Shown here: positions 47,918-58,001 of the stretch, piece by piece
How positions within the stretch are numbered: position 1 is the stretch's first letter
Layout: every line of letters begins with the position of its first letter
DNA from: an uncultured Gammaproteobacteria bacterium
GTDB taxonomy: Bacteria > Patescibacteriota > Microgenomatia > UBA12405 > JAHJSD01
DNA: 64,000 nucleotides
Assembly: GCA_964428655.1 (NCBI GenBank)
Contig: CAYRYE010000002.1
Span: 2,251-66,250 of the forward strand
Direction: 5' to 3'
Position numbers and translations under genes: made by a program
The notes under the pieces: model-generated
Seen by the model: only the letters and a program-made list of their open reading frames with translations
Told to the model about the DNA's origin: nothing
Databases searched by the model: none

Positions 47918-48652
47918 ATGAGTAAAAAAAGAATCCTTTTAATCACCATTATTCTTCTAATTCTAGTTTTTGGTCCAATAACTATTCTGGCTACGGAAAC
48001 GAACAATGAAGAGGGCACCATTGCTGGGGAACTTAGCAATGAAATGGACGAAAACCAAGAAAAAATAGACGAGCTGAGAAAAAGTATCCAGGAAAAAGTC
48101 GAAGAAAAACTCAACAGCATCATTAACGATCAAGAAAGACGCAGTTGGATCGGAATCATTAAAGAAAAAATGGAAACCGGCTTCAAGTTAGAAAGCGGGG
48201 ATAAAACCAGAACAGTTACTATCAATGACGAGGTTGTAATTATTAACGAAAAAAGAAAAAGTATTGAATTTGATGATCTAGAAGTCAATCAGAGGCTGGT
48301 TGCTATGGGCTACGCCCAAATTGACAATACTTTAGAGGCCAAAAGAATTGTCCTTCTTCCAAAGGCAGTAGAGAGGAAAATTAAAGTGATTTTTGGAACC
48401 ATTAAAGACAAATCAGAAGAGAACGAAATCCTATTAGTTACCACTCATGATGAACAAGAGTATGAATTAATATTGGGAAAGGAAACAAAATTAAAACAAC
48501 GGGTCGAAAATAAAATGGAGGAAATAAAATATCAGGAAATTAAAACTGGTCAGAAAATAATTGCCGTCATAACCCCGACTAAAAGCAATAGCTCTACTTA
48601 TGACGTCAAGTCTGTTTTAGTTATATCACCCTCCCCCGCCCCAACAGAATAA
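47918..48652 (+). CDS. hypothetical signal-anchored protein
   Basis: TM anchor followed by a charged helical segment. No recognisable motif. Confidence 0.45.
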   Translation: MSKKRILLITIILLILVFGPITILATETNNEEGTIAGELSNEMDENQEKIDELRKSIQEKVEEKLNSIINDQERRSWIGIIKEKMETGFKLESGDKTRTVTINDEVVIINEKRKSIEFDDLEVNQRLVAMGYAQIDNTLEAKRIVLLPKAVERKIKVIFGTIKDKSEENEILLVTTHDEQEYELILGKETKLKQRVENKMEEIKYQEIKTGQKIIAVITPTKSNSSTYDVKSVLVISPSPAPTE

Positions 48653-48813
48653 TTTGCAATATTTGACAGGACAGAATTCTATGTTATGATAATTATCAAG
48701 ATGATAGAAAATATTGTTGTTAAAAGGAGTTGTGAAAACCATCATCACCAATTAATTAAAGAGTTGGCGGTGGTGCTATGCCGTTAGTAAGTAAATAAAG
48801 AAATAATAATTCA

Positions 48814-48837
48814 CCCCGTCAACCGACGGGGTTTTTT
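48814..48837 (+). terminator. rho-independent terminator (CCCCGTC-AACC-GACGGGG followed by TTTTTT)
   Basis: Perfect 7-bp GC stem followed by T6, directly upstream of tRNA-His. Confidence 0.6.
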
Positions 48838-48911
48838 GGTGGCTGTAGCTCAGTGGTTAGAGCATCTCGCTGTGAACGAGAAGGTCAGGGGTTCAAATCC
48901 CCCCAGCCACC
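48838..48911 (+). tRNA. tRNA-His (anticodon GTG) with genomically encoded G-1
   Basis: Hand-fold. G-1 pairs with C73. Acceptor GTGGCTG/CAGCCAC. D-arm GCTC-AGTGGTTA-GAGC. Anticodon stem TCTCG/CGAGA with loop CTGTGAA. T-loop TTCAAAT. Confidence 0.8.
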
Positions 48912-49029
48912 CTAGAATTGGAGCCAAGCGGCGGAATTAAGTTTAAAAAGTCAGAAAAAATATTTAAAAAAATTATTACTCAATTGCTCAACTAGCCTAT
49001 CCCAATCTGTGATATTATAAAAAGTAAGC

Positions 49030-50352
49030 ATGATTAAAAAATCAAAAAAAATCATCAGTCCGCAAACCCTTAAGGGTTTCAGGGATTTTTATGGCTCTGA
49101 TGCTAGAACTAGAGAATATATAATTAGTGTCTTTAAATCAGTATTCGAAAAATACGGCTACGAACCTTTGGAAACACCGGCTCTGGAATACGCTGAAGTT
49201 CTCTTGGGAAAAAGCGGTGAAGAAATAGATAAATTATCTTATATCTTTAAAGATCCTGGCGGAAGGATAATTGGCCTCAAATACGATATGACTGTTCCTG
49301 CTTGTAGATTTGTGGCCCAAAATTATCAAAAACTAATTTTTCCTTTTAAAAGATATCAAATTCAATTTGCCTGGCGGGCGGAGAAACCTCAAAAGGGTCG
49401 TTTCAGAGAATTTATGCAGTGCGATGCCGATGTCTGGGGAACAGAATCTGTTTTGGTCGACGCTGAATTTATTCAAATGGGGATCGAAGTTACCCAAAAG
49501 CTTGGTTTTAAGAATTTTGTTACCCGAATTAACAATCGAAAAATTATTAACGGCATTCTTCAATATTGCGGCGCTGAAAAAAAACAGTTTTATAATATTT
49601 CCATCTCCGTTGATAAGCTAGAAAAAATTGGTTTGGATGGAGTGGAAAACGAGCTTAAAAAAAGAGATATTAAGGAAAAAATCTCCCAAAAAATTTTAGA
49701 ATTAATCTCTATCGATGGTAATTCCAAAGAAAAACTTAAAATACTTAAAAAGAAATTGAAAGAATACCCTAAAGCAATTGAAGGCATTGAAGAAATAGAA
49801 AAAATATTTTCCTATCTTAAAACTGTTGGGGTTGAAACAAAATATTACAAATATGACCCTTCAATCATTCGAGGTATGGCTTACTACACTGGCCCAATCT
49901 GGGAATTCACTGTTATTGAAGGAGGCGTTGGCTCCATTGGCGGCTGCGGCCGTTATGATAAATTAACTGGCGCCTACACTAATAAAGACATCCCTGCCTC
50001 AGGCGGCTCTTTTGGCATTGAAAGAATCATTGAAGTCATGAAAGATAGAGAAATGATTAGTTTTGACAAAAGCGCTACTAAAGTTCTGGTTACTATTTTT
50101 TCTCCGGAATTGCAGGAACAATCAATCAAGTTGGCTAATAAATTAAGAGGCTCCGGTATTGTCACTGAATTATATTTAGATCCCAAAGTAAAACTGGACA
50201 AGCAGTTGAAATACGCCGATCGGAAGGGAATTCCTTATATCATTATTATCGGCCCGGAGGAAGCAGCTAAAAAGATGGTGGTCATCAAAAATCTTAGCAA
50301 ACGGACACAAAAAACTATTCCTCTTTCTAAAGTTATCCCGGTGTTACAATAG
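49030..50352 (+). CDS. hisS: histidyl-tRNA synthetase
   Basis: Class II motifs: 'RYQIQFAWRAEKPQKGRFREFMQCDADVWG' (motif 2) and 'GGGRYDKL' (motif 3). Confidence 0.9.
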   Translation: MIKKSKKIISPQTLKGFRDFYGSDARTREYIISVFKSVFEKYGYEPLETPALEYAEVLLGKSGEEIDKLSYIFKDPGGRIIGLKYDMTVPACRFVAQNYQKLIFPFKRYQIQFAWRAEKPQKGRFREFMQCDADVWGTESVLVDAEFIQMGIEVTQKLGFKNFVTRINNRKIINGILQYCGAEKKQFYNISISVDKLEKIGLDGVENELKKRDIKEKISQKILELISIDGNSKEKLKILKKKLKEYPKAIEGIEEIEKIFSYLKTVGVETKYYKYDPSIIRGMAYYTGPIWEFTVIEGGVGSIGGCGRYDKLTGAYTNKDIPASGGSFGIERIIEVMKDREMISFDKSATKVLVTIFSPELQEQSIKLANKLRGSGIVTELYLDPKVKLDKQLKYADRKGIPYIIIIGPEEAAKKMVVIKNLSKRTQKTIPLSKVIPVLQ

Positions 50353-50372
50353 TAACTTCGCTAATAAAGTTT

Positions 50373-50624
50373 TTAGCGGTAAAACCTCGTGTCTGGACAT
50401 TGCCAAATTCCATGTCGCTTAGTAAATTGACCTTCTCTGATCTGTCCCAATCGAGGACGAACACTTGGAGGAACATATCTTTCACACCCTAATCTCACGC
50501 ATCTCCATCTTGGACTGCCCCGAGACGAATCGTCTCCCTCTAGTAATATAATTTCCTTCCCAACAAATCGACAAGGAACATTTTTGGTTTTCCTGCGGCG
50601 AATTTTTCTCTCAGTTGCTCTCAT
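50373..50624 (-). CDS. hypothetical basic Cys-containing small ORF in a GC-elevated segment; coding status uncertain
   Basis: 83-codon ORF. Contains the hairpin GAGACG-AAT-CGTCTC. No family recognised. Confidence 0.25.
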   Translation of the reverse strand: MRATERKIRRRKTKNVPCRFVGKEIILLEGDDSSRGSPRWRCVRLGCERYVPPSVRPRLGQIREGQFTKRHGIWQCPDTRFYR

Positions 50625-50633
50625 GTAAAAAAA

Positions 50634-51317
50634 CTAGCTAAGAATAAGATTAAGACTGCCGTCTAGAATTTCTTCCAAGCGGCGAATTTTTTTGTTGGTG
50701 CGGTGGTCGGTAACACGGTTTTGGGGAAAATTGTAAGTGCGAATTTTTTCCGAACGGCGTCCGGTACCGGCAGATTGACGAATATCGTCAATAAAGCCTG
50801 TTTGTTTTTCCTGCTCTTTTTGCCATAACTTGCTTGCTAAAACCCCTAAGGCTATTTCCCTATTCTTTTGCTGGCTTCTTTCTCTCCGGCTTTCAACAAT
50901 AATGCCTGTTGGTTTATGTTTCAAGCGAACCGCTGTAGAAACTTTATTTACATTCTGCCCGCCATGACCTCCGGCCCGAAAAAAATCCCACTCTAAATTC
51001 TCTTCTTTTATCTCATCTTTGTCAGTAATAACTCTGGGCATGACTATTGTCACTGCCGTTGAAGTATGAATCCTGCCCCTTTTTTCAGTAGCCGGAATTC
51101 TTTGAACACGATGAGTTCCCATTTCTCCCTTTAAAGTTTTATAGCTGTTATCTCCTGTTATAGCAAGAGTCGTCTCATCTACCTGAACTACTTTCCAATT
51201 CTTCTTTTGGGCAAAACGAAAATACATCCGCAACAAATCTTGAGCCCAAAGTTTGGCCTCCAAACCTCCAGGGCCAGAGTAAATTTCAACAATAGTAGTG
51301 TTGGGATCAATACGCAT
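50634..51317 (-). CDS. prfA: peptide chain release factor 1 lacking N-terminal domain 1
   Basis: '[14 protein letters not shown]' (PxT codon-recognition motif). '[17 protein letters not shown]' (GGQ). Starts at the equivalent of E. coli RF1 residue ~104. Only 16 nt separate it from the upstream rpmE stop. Confidence 0.7.
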   Translation of the reverse strand: MRIDPNTTIVEIYSGPGGLEAKLWAQDLLRMYFRFAQKKNWKVVQVDETTLAITGDNSYKTLKGEMGTHRVQRIPATEKRGRIHTSTAVTIVMPRVITDKDEIKEENLEWDFFRAGGHGGQNVNKVSTAVRLKHKPTGIIVESRRERSQQKNREIALGVLASKLWQKEQEKQTGFIDDIRQSAGTGRRSEKIRTYNFPQNRVTDHRTNKKIRRLEEILDGSLNLILS

Positions 51318-51333
51318 ATGCCGGCTACGAGTC

Positions 51334-51630
51334 CTATTTACTCTTAATTTCTAACTTTTTCCCATTCTTCTTTTTCTTTTTTGTTTTTTGGGAGTCTTTT
51401 TTCTTTTGCAGCTTTGTCCGAGAAACAGCGGCTACTTTTCGTTTTCTCTCAAATCGTTCAATTCTTCCCTCAGTATCGATATATTTGGCTTGTCCAGTGT
51501 AAAAAGGATGACAAGCGGCGCAAATCTCCACCTTAATTTCTGACACTGTCGAACCGGTAACAAATTTATTACCGCAAGCGCAAGTTACCTGACAATCATC
51601 ATAGTATTTCGGGTGAATGCCCTTTTTCAT
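51334..51630 (-). CDS. rpmE: 50S ribosomal protein L31 (Zn-binding form) with Lys-rich C-terminal extension
   Basis: '[23 protein letters not shown]...[10 protein letters not shown]'. Confidence 0.85.
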   Translation of the reverse strand: MKKGIHPKYYDDCQVTCACGNKFVTGSTVSEIKVEICAACHPFYTGQAKYIDTEGRIERFERKRKVAAVSRTKLQKKKDSQKTKKKKKNGKKLEIKSK

Positions 51631-51652
51631 AGCAAAACATTATACCATACGC

Positions 51653-52798
51653 CTATTTTCTCTCTTCCAACTTTGCCTTCACTGTTTCTTCTTTTCCATC
51701 ACGCCAATACCTGATTTCAATTTCATCACCGACTTTTTTTTGGTTAATGATCTTGGCCAAGCCCGATTCATCTTCTCCTAAATTTTTACCATCAAGACTA
51801 AGAATAATATCACCCTCTTTTAAGCCGGCCTTATCAGAAGAAGAACCCTCAACTACCCGACGGATATACGCTCCCTGAGGCACTTCATTTAAAATAGCCG
51901 CTTTTTTAGAAATCATTTGATACTCAACTCCTAAAAATGGCCTTTTAAACTCGCCAGTCTCCTTAAAAAGCTTTAAACTATCCTTAACAACATTCACGGG
52001 AATAGCAAAGCCAATATTCTCCGCTCCTCCGACTACGGCAACATTAATTCCAATCACTTGCCCCATAGAGTTCAAGAGCGGCCCGCCGGAATTGCCAGGA
52101 TTAATAGCGGCATCAGTTTGAATAACATTATCCAAACGCTCAACGTACCCTTCAAAAACCGAACCCGCAGTAATACCCCGACCCAGTCCAGAAATCACTC
52201 CTGAAGTTACAGTATGACGAAACTCACCCAAAGCAGTTCCAATAGCCACCACTAACTGCCCTACCTTTAAACCATCAGAACTACTAAGTTCCAATGGAAC
52301 TATTTCAGCATCTATCTTTAAAATCGCCAGATCATTGGCTGGATCACGATAAATTGCCTTAACCTCATGAATATTATCATCTTTATCAATCACTCTGTAT
52401 TTAGCCGAAGCATCAGAAACGACATGTTTATTAGTAACAATCAGACCTCCCTCAATGACAAAACCACTCCCAATATCCTGCTCTATCTTTCTCTCTCTGT
52501 CACTAAGGTTAAAAAGGCCAAAAGGGTCAAAATCAAAGAAGGGTATTTTTTCTGTTTTACTAATGGAAACCGTAACTGCCGAAGGAGCTGCTTTTTCGGC
52601 CACATCTATAATCACTGAATCTTCTCTTAATAGCTTTTGTTCAACATAACCGGGAGCGGGCTGGCTGACTCTAAGCGGGAGAAGCCGATCTAAAACACCC
52701 AACCAACCTAATCGCTCCATAATGCCGCCAGCAATAACAGAGCCCAAAAGAAAAACACCAAAGGCAAAACCGGTGAGAAAAAACTTCGCTTTTTTCAT
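51653..52798 (-). CDS. htrA: HtrA/DegP-family serine protease with PDZ domain
   Basis: Catalytic triad contexts 'TNKHVV', 'DLAILKI', 'GNSGGPLLN'. C-terminal PDZ. Confidence 0.85.
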   Translation of the reverse strand: MKKAKFFLTGFAFGVFLLGSVIAGGIMERLGWLGVLDRLLPLRVSQPAPGYVEQKLLREDSVIIDVAEKAAPSAVTVSISKTEKIPFFDFDPFGLFNLSDRERKIEQDIGSGFVIEGGLIVTNKHVVSDASAKYRVIDKDDNIHEVKAIYRDPANDLAILKIDAEIVPLELSSSDGLKVGQLVVAIGTALGEFRHTVTSGVISGLGRGITAGSVFEGYVERLDNVIQTDAAINPGNSGGPLLNSMGQVIGINVAVVGGAENIGFAIPVNVVKDSLKLFKETGEFKRPFLGVEYQMISKKAAILNEVPQGAYIRRVVEGSSSDKAGLKEGDIILSLDGKNLGEDESGLAKIINQKKVGDEIEIRYWRDGKEETVKAKLEERK

Positions 52799-52828
52799 AA
52801 ATTTCTAATTTCTATTAGAATTTAGGAT

Positions 52829-54043
52829 TTATTTTAAAAGTGTATCTATTCCTCTTTCTAAAATCAAATCGTTTTCTTGATTGGAGTCAACAGTATTAAG
52901 ATCAACTTTGATGGTTGGTTCTATGCCGTCTTTATGGATCGATCTCCCATTAGGCAACAGCCACTTGGCAATAGTAATATGCAGCCCTGCCCCGCCAGGC
53001 AGCTCTTCTGGTTCCTGGATTGTCCCTTTTCCAAAAGTCTTTGTTCCCACCACCTCCGCTTTTTGATAATCGTCCAAAGCGCCAGCAAGAATCTCCGCCG
53101 CTGAAGCCGAACCATTATTAACCAAAACCACTAAAGGAACATCAAGCAGCCTGCCCTGCCGATCAACAACAAATTTGGTTCTCTTCTTCTCTCGATCTTC
53201 CTGCCAAACAATTACTTTTCCCCTTGGTAAAAATTCACCGGCGACAAAAACAGCCCCCTGTAGGTAACCACCAGGATTATTACGAAGATCTAAAATTACT
53301 CCCCCGAAATCAGACTGATTCTTGACCTGTTCTATGCTGACTGCCCACTTGAGCCAATCTTGGTTCATCTGTTCTGTGAATTGAAGCAAATGCACATAAG
53401 CAAAGCGTTCCCCATTTTTCTCTTCCCAATGAGACTCCAGCGCAGGAACAGAAATCCTCCCCCTGGCAATATTCGAATCAAATGGTTTATCTACCTCTTT
53501 ACGCATTAAAGTTAAAGTAACTATTGTTCCTTCTTTGCCTCGGATTATCTTAACCGCTTCCGGTAAAGAGATATCGCTGGTAGAGCGGTCTATTTTCTTC
53601 CCATCGTCTTTAATTTTTAGAATCAAATCACCGGCTTTAATGCCCGCTTTTTCTGCCGGTGTTCCCTTCAACGGCGATATTACAGCCAACACCTCGTCCT
53701 TGTATCCCAACTGAATTCCCACCCCTCCAAATTTACCAGCAAGATCCTCTTTATTCATTTTATTATCGTCTGGCCGCAAGAAAACAGTATAAGGGTCGTC
53801 TAAAGAAGCCACCATGCCTGAAATAGCTCCCTCAATCATTTTCTGAGAATCAATATTTTCCCTATCCAGATATTTTGTTTCCAACCGATGCCAAACTAAC
53901 CAAAATAAAGAGAGGTCGGTACCTTCAACCGGGGAACCGATTCTGGTAACGCCAATCCTGTAACCAACAAAACCTACTCCTAGAAGCAAGATCAGAAAAA
54001 GAATAAACCGGCGAATTTTTTTAAGAGTCAATTTAACAATCAT
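52829..54043 (-). CDS. ctpA: C-terminal processing peptidase (S41, CtpA-like)
   Basis: 'LVNNGSASAAEILAGAL' (catalytic Ser). 'KTFGKGT' (catalytic Lys). PDZ domain. Confidence 0.85.
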   Translation of the reverse strand: MIVKLTLKKIRRFILFLILLLGVGFVGYRIGVTRIGSPVEGTDLSLFWLVWHRLETKYLDRENIDSQKMIEGAISGMVASLDDPYTVFLRPDDNKMNKEDLAGKFGGVGIQLGYKDEVLAVISPLKGTPAEKAGIKAGDLILKIKDDGKKIDRSTSDISLPEAVKIIRGKEGTIVTLTLMRKEVDKPFDSNIARGRISVPALESHWEEKNGERFAYVHLLQFTEQMNQDWLKWAVSIEQVKNQSDFGGVILDLRNNPGGYLQGAVFVAGEFLPRGKVIVWQEDREKKRTKFVVDRQGRLLDVPLVVLVNNGSASAAEILAGALDDYQKAEVVGTKTFGKGTIQEPEELPGGAGLHITIAKWLLPNGRSIHKDGIEPTIKVDLNTVDSNQENDLILERGIDTLLK

Positions 54044-54051
54044 CTATTGGG

Positions 54052-54564
54052 TTATTTAGGCACTAAAAGATAACCATTAGCCACATCAAGCAAACACTTT
54101 ACTCCCTGACCTTTCTCGATAACAAGCTTGATCCCCCCATCATCACTAACAATTAAAATTGGCAAAGTATCATCTTTGCTTAATTCCTTTTCGTAAATAC
54201 AACAAATAATCCCTCCAATTTCAAGAGTGGCTGCTTTACTAACAAAAAGAGGACTTGCTTTGTTAACAAAGACAATTCTATCTTTATAAGAGACGTCTAA
54301 ATCAAGAAAGCTTATTTCAGGCACGAAACTCAATTCTCCCCATTTATGTCTGTTTCCCAAACCAGTGCCTTTCACTCTCCACGCCTTAAAGCATAGCTCT
54401 ATTTTATTTTTACTGATCCCAGTTATTTTACCCTTAGTGGGAGATTGAAAAACCTCTCCCTTCCTACCCCTGGCTAACTCATCACCACAAGAAACCCTAT
54501 CACCTTCGCTAACTAGAACTTTAGTTTTTTTGGGCAAATGAAGCACCCACAGGGCTTTTAACAT
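54052..54564 (-). CDS. hypothetical protein (170 aa)
   Basis: Intact ORF packed between ctp and rpsR. No confident family. Confidence 0.4.
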   Translation of the reverse strand: MLKALWVLHLPKKTKVLVSEGDRVSCGDELARGRKGEVFQSPTKGKITGISKNKIELCFKAWRVKGTGLGNRHKWGELSFVPEISFLDLDVSYKDRIVFVNKASPLFVSKAATLEIGGIICCIYEKELSKDDTLPILIVSDDGGIKLVIEKGQGVKCLLDVANGYLLVPK

Positions 54565-54568
54565 AAAA

Positions 54569-54823
54569 CTAACGATTTATTCGGGTAACAAAAGGAAGCA
54601 ATCCCAAATGTCGAGCCTGCTTAATCACCTCGCTTAAACAACGTTGATGCTTGGCGCAAACTCCAGTCCTCGCTCTCGGCAAAATTCTTGATCTTGGTGA
54701 GAGGTGTTTTGACAATAATTCACAATCGCGCCAATAAGGATTCACTTTGGATTTACAAAAATAACAATCCTTCCTAACTGGCCTTGGTTTGATCCTTTTA
54801 CTCTTCCTCTTAATTCTCACCAT
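54569..54823 (-). CDS. rpsR: 30S ribosomal protein S18
   Basis: 'CYFCKSKVNPYWRDCELLSKHLSPRSRILPRARTGVCAKHQRCLSEVIKQARHLGLLPF'. Confidence 0.85.
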   Translation of the reverse strand: MVRIKRKSKRIKPRPVRKDCYFCKSKVNPYWRDCELLSKHLSPRSRILPRARTGVCAKHQRCLSEVIKQARHLGLLPFVTRINR

Positions 54824-54839
54824 ATTAGTCCTTTAACCT

Positions 54840-55397
54840 TTAAAAAGGAATATCACTGGATTCTTTCTTCCCTGCTCCATCTTTTTTAACCTCATTATCA
54901 TCAACACCTGTTTCAACCTCGGCATTCTCCGCTCCCCCTTCGTCCACTTTTTCCTCGGCTGTTCCCTCAATTTGATCACCAACTCCTTCATCATCCATTT
55001 GATCACTAACGCCGTCATCGCCTGCGGCGGCGATTGGTTGACCAGTAGTAGATGATGATCGATTGATTTCTAAAAGGACCATATCGCTAATTACTATTTC
55101 TGTAGTCTGGCGCTTGAGATTATCTGTCCCTGTCCATTCACGATACTGCAATCTGCCCTCAACATAAACTTTGGCACCTTTAGTCAATAGTTGGGAGCAA
55201 ATCTCGGCCAACTGACTCCAGGCTACAACGCGGTGGAACTGAGCTTCGTCCTTTTTCTCTCCATCTTGAGTAGTCCAACGACGATTGGTGGCAACACCAA
55301 AGCTGCAAACAGCCACTCCGCTGGGAGTATAACGCAACTCAGGATCACGAGTTAAATTACCAATTAACATCGCCTTATTAAGACAGCGGGCTGACAT
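54840..55397 (-). CDS. ssb: single-stranded DNA-binding protein
   Basis: OB-fold 'MLIGNLTRDPELRYTPSGVAVCSFGVATNRRW'. Acidic tail ending 'DIPF'. Confidence 0.9.
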   Translation of the reverse strand: MSARCLNKAMLIGNLTRDPELRYTPSGVAVCSFGVATNRRWTTQDGEKKDEAQFHRVVAWSQLAEICSQLLTKGAKVYVEGRLQYREWTGTDNLKRQTTEIVISDMVLLEINRSSSTTGQPIAAAGDDGVSDQMDDEGVGDQIEGTAEEKVDEGGAENAEVETGVDDNEVKKDGAGKKESSDIPF

Positions 55398-55398
55398 T

Positions 55399-55698
55399 CT
55401 ACCTCCTTCTCTTTCTCTCTCTCAAAAACAAATAACGAATAATTTCTGGCTCTCTGTTTAAAAAAATATTAATAGAAGAAAAACTAACTTTATCTTTTAA
55501 AATAAGCCGCCAAACCCAAAAAGAAGCCTGGGTCTCTTTATTAATAGGAAAAGCCAAATCTTTCTTTCCCAAATTCTCTTCCTTTTCTATTTTTCCCTTA
55601 GCTTTTTTTATTTCTTCCCGCAAAGCTAAGAAAATTTTCTCCAATTTACTTTTCTTTAATCCAGAGCGAGTCAAAAAAACAAACTCATACTTCTTCAT
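55399..55698 (-). CDS. rpsF: 30S ribosomal protein S6
   Basis: 'MKKYEFVFLTR...AFPINKETQASFWVWRL'. Sits in the rpsF-ssb-rpsR arrangement. Confidence 0.8.
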   Translation of the reverse strand: MKKYEFVFLTRSGLKKSKLEKIFLALREEIKKAKGKIEKEENLGKKDLAFPINKETQASFWVWRLILKDKVSFSSINIFLNREPEIIRYLFLRERKRRR

Positions 55699-55762
55699 CC
55701 AAAATACCCATCTGTAAACTCTGTAAACATCAGATAATTATACTGATTAAACTATGTCTTCG

Positions 55763-57163
55763 TCAAGAGAGAAGGTCACGAGGAACAACCATTGTTCCTC
55801 CACTGGGGTTAGACCTAAGATCAAAGCCCATTTTTCCAGCCTTTTCCCTTAATTTATCAGACTCACTATATTTCCCTTTTTTTCTTAACTCTTCGTGTTC
55901 TTTTCTTAAATTTTCTATCTCTTCTGGAATGGCTATTTTTTGGGGAACATTTTCAGCGATATTGAATCCGAGAATCTGATCTAAGTCAACCAGAAGTACC
56001 TTTTTCTCTTTTTCTATAAGGCCAGGAGATTTTACAATATCCCAAACTACCGCCATCGCCTTTGGCCAATTAAGATCATCTGACAAAACACTAATAAACT
56101 TGCTCTTCCAGCTTTCGACCTTCTCACTATCTTTTTTTCCCTCCTCAGACCAATAAGCAAAAGCCGTATAGAGATTATTCAAGGCTTTCTCTGCCCCATC
56201 TAAAGCTTCCCAGCTGAAATCTAAACCTTTACGATAATGGGAGGTTAAAACCAGATACCTAAAAACCAAGGGGCTATAACCTTTTTCTTTTAAATCGCTT
56301 ATTGTTATAAACTTGCCCTCACTCTTACTCATCTTCTTTTCTTTAACCACCAACCAGGCATTATGAATCCAAAAATTAGCTATCTGGCCTCCAAAAGCGC
56401 CAAATCCCTGTGCAATCTCGTTGGTATGATGAACCGGAATATGTTCTAAACCACCAGTATGGATGTCGAACTTTTTTCCCAAATAATGAGTCGACATAGC
56501 AGTACACTCAATATGCCAACCGGGAAAGCCCTTTCCCCAAGAACTATCCCATTGCATTACATGATCGGGTTGATTAGTAACCCAAAGTAAAAAATCCCAA
56601 GGTTTCTTTTTTTCCGGATCAATTTCCACCCTGATTCCGGCAGCTTGTTTCTTTAAATTCAAACGAGCAAATTCAGCATAACCAGAAAATTTAGAAGTAT
56701 CAAAAACAATCCCTGTCTTAGTTTTATAAGTGAAACCTCTCTTCTCCATCTTTTTAATTAAAGCTATTTGTTGATCAATGTGTTCTGTCGCCCGACAAAG
56801 AACGTCTGGCCGAGTAATGTTAAGAAGTTTCAAACTTTGCAAAAATTGCTGGAGATACCTCTCGGCAACTTCCCAAACTGTTAACCCCTCTCTCTTGGCT
56901 CCTTTTTCCATTTTATCTTCGCCAGCGTCCTCATCTGAAGTCATATGGCCAACATCAGTAATATTCATTACCCATTTAACTTTATAGCCCAAATATTTTA
57001 AAAATCTAGTTAGGGAGTCCCATTGAGTATAGGCATACATATGGCCAATATGCTGATTCCAATAAACTGTTGGTCCGCAAGAATAAATACCCACAAGTCC
57101 TGGCTTAATAGGCTTAAATTCTTCAATCCGCCTGGTTAAAGTATTGTAAAGCTTTAGTCTCAT
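55763..57163 (-). CDS. cysS: cysteinyl-tRNA synthetase
   Basis: 'CGPTVYWNQHIGHM' (HIGH). 'KMSKSEG' (KMSKS). Zn-binding Cys/His. Confidence 0.9.
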   Translation of the reverse strand: MRLKLYNTLTRRIEEFKPIKPGLVGIYSCGPTVYWNQHIGHMYAYTQWDSLTRFLKYLGYKVKWVMNITDVGHMTSDEDAGEDKMEKGAKREGLTVWEVAERYLQQFLQSLKLLNITRPDVLCRATEHIDQQIALIKKMEKRGFTYKTKTGIVFDTSKFSGYAEFARLNLKKQAAGIRVEIDPEKKKPWDFLLWVTNQPDHVMQWDSSWGKGFPGWHIECTAMSTHYLGKKFDIHTGGLEHIPVHHTNEIAQGFGAFGGQIANFWIHNAWLVVKEKKMSKSEGKFITISDLKEKGYSPLVFRYLVLTSHYRKGLDFSWEALDGAEKALNNLYTAFAYWSEEGKKDSEKVESWKSKFISVLSDDLNWPKAMAVVWDIVKSPGLIEKEKKVLLVDLDQILGFNIAENVPQKIAIPEEIENLRKEHEELRKKGKYSESDKLREKAGKMGFDLRSNPSGGTMVVPRDLLS

Positions 57164-57175
57164 ATGGATAAATAA

Positions 57176-57712
57176 TTAATGTTTTGCGCCTCTACCTGTT
57201 TCCGCCTTTGTCTGTTTTTGCCGAATAGCAAAAGCAGATCCTTTTTTAGACTTCCTTCCAGTTGCTTGTAAAACGGCAGCGTCTTCTTGGACTGCCTTCT
57301 CCTCCTCTTCTCTTTGTTTAGCTATCTTTGCCAAAAGCTCTTCCTCATCCTTCTTTTTTTCCTTTTCCTGTTTTTCTTCTCTCACCTCTTTAATTTCTTT
57401 TTCTACATCCCGTTTGGGACCACTGGGTTTGGCCGCCTGGGGAGGTTCATCACCCTTGTTCATTTGTTCTCTCAACTGAGTTACTTCTTCTCTGGTTCTT
57501 AACTCCTCCGTCCTGACTAGTCGGTCAAAATCACTCACCCCTGTCTGGTCTTGCTGTTTAGACTGTCCACTACCGGAACTGCCACCGGCAACTATCTCTC
57601 CAACGGTATCCCCGGCCACCTTGGTTGTCTGCTTCACTGCCTCAAAAACTGTTCCCTTGGCAACATCAGCCAAGCCCTTAGCAGCCTGAGGAATAATTCT
57701 TTTAGAGTTCAT
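57176..57712 (-). CDS. hypothetical Glu/Lys-rich coiled-coil protein
   Basis: Low-complexity E/K-rich centre. No motif recognised. Confidence 0.4.
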   Translation of the reverse strand: MNSKRIIPQAAKGLADVAKGTVFEAVKQTTKVAGDTVGEIVAGGSSGSGQSKQQDQTGVSDFDRLVRTEELRTREEVTQLREQMNKGDEPPQAAKPSGPKRDVEKEIKEVREEKQEKEKKKDEEELLAKIAKQREEEEKAVQEDAAVLQATGRKSKKGSAFAIRQKQTKAETGRGAKH

Positions 57713-57987
57713 TACATCCCTGGTAAACCAAAATCGCCACCCATGCCACGCAGCTTTTGGGCTGCTAATTTTTGTGACTTTTTAATTGCCTTATTTAAAG
57801 CATTAAGCAAGGCTTTATTTGTTTCGCCGGCGATAATTACTTCTTTGAACTTCTGATCTCCGCCAATCACAACTTTTATATTCCCCTCTTCAACAGTTAT
57901 TTCCTCAACCGCCAGAACTTTTTTTAAAGCCACTGCCTGATCACGCAGCTTCTTTAATTTTCCCAACTGTTTAAATTTATCAAGCAT
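57712..57987 (-). CDS. ybaB: YbaB/EbfC-family nucleoid-associated protein
   Basis: Follows dnaX as in most bacteria. C-terminal 'GMGGDFGLPGM'. Confidence 0.8.
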   Translation of the reverse strand: MLDKFKQLGKLKKLRDQAVALKKVLAVEEITVEEGNIKVVIGGDQKFKEVIIAGETNKALLNALNKAIKKSQKLAAQKLRGMGGDFGLPGM

Positions 57988-58001
57988 GAAACCTCCTTAT
58001 T

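Noticed and set aside
50373-50624. Considered that the GC-elevated 83-codon ORF downstream of prfA might be the missing RF1 domain 1 or a structured RNA
   Set aside because: It lies 3' of prfA (wrong side), has no RF1 domain-1 similarity, and no Rfam-like motif was recognisable. Kept only as a low-confidence hypothetical ORF.
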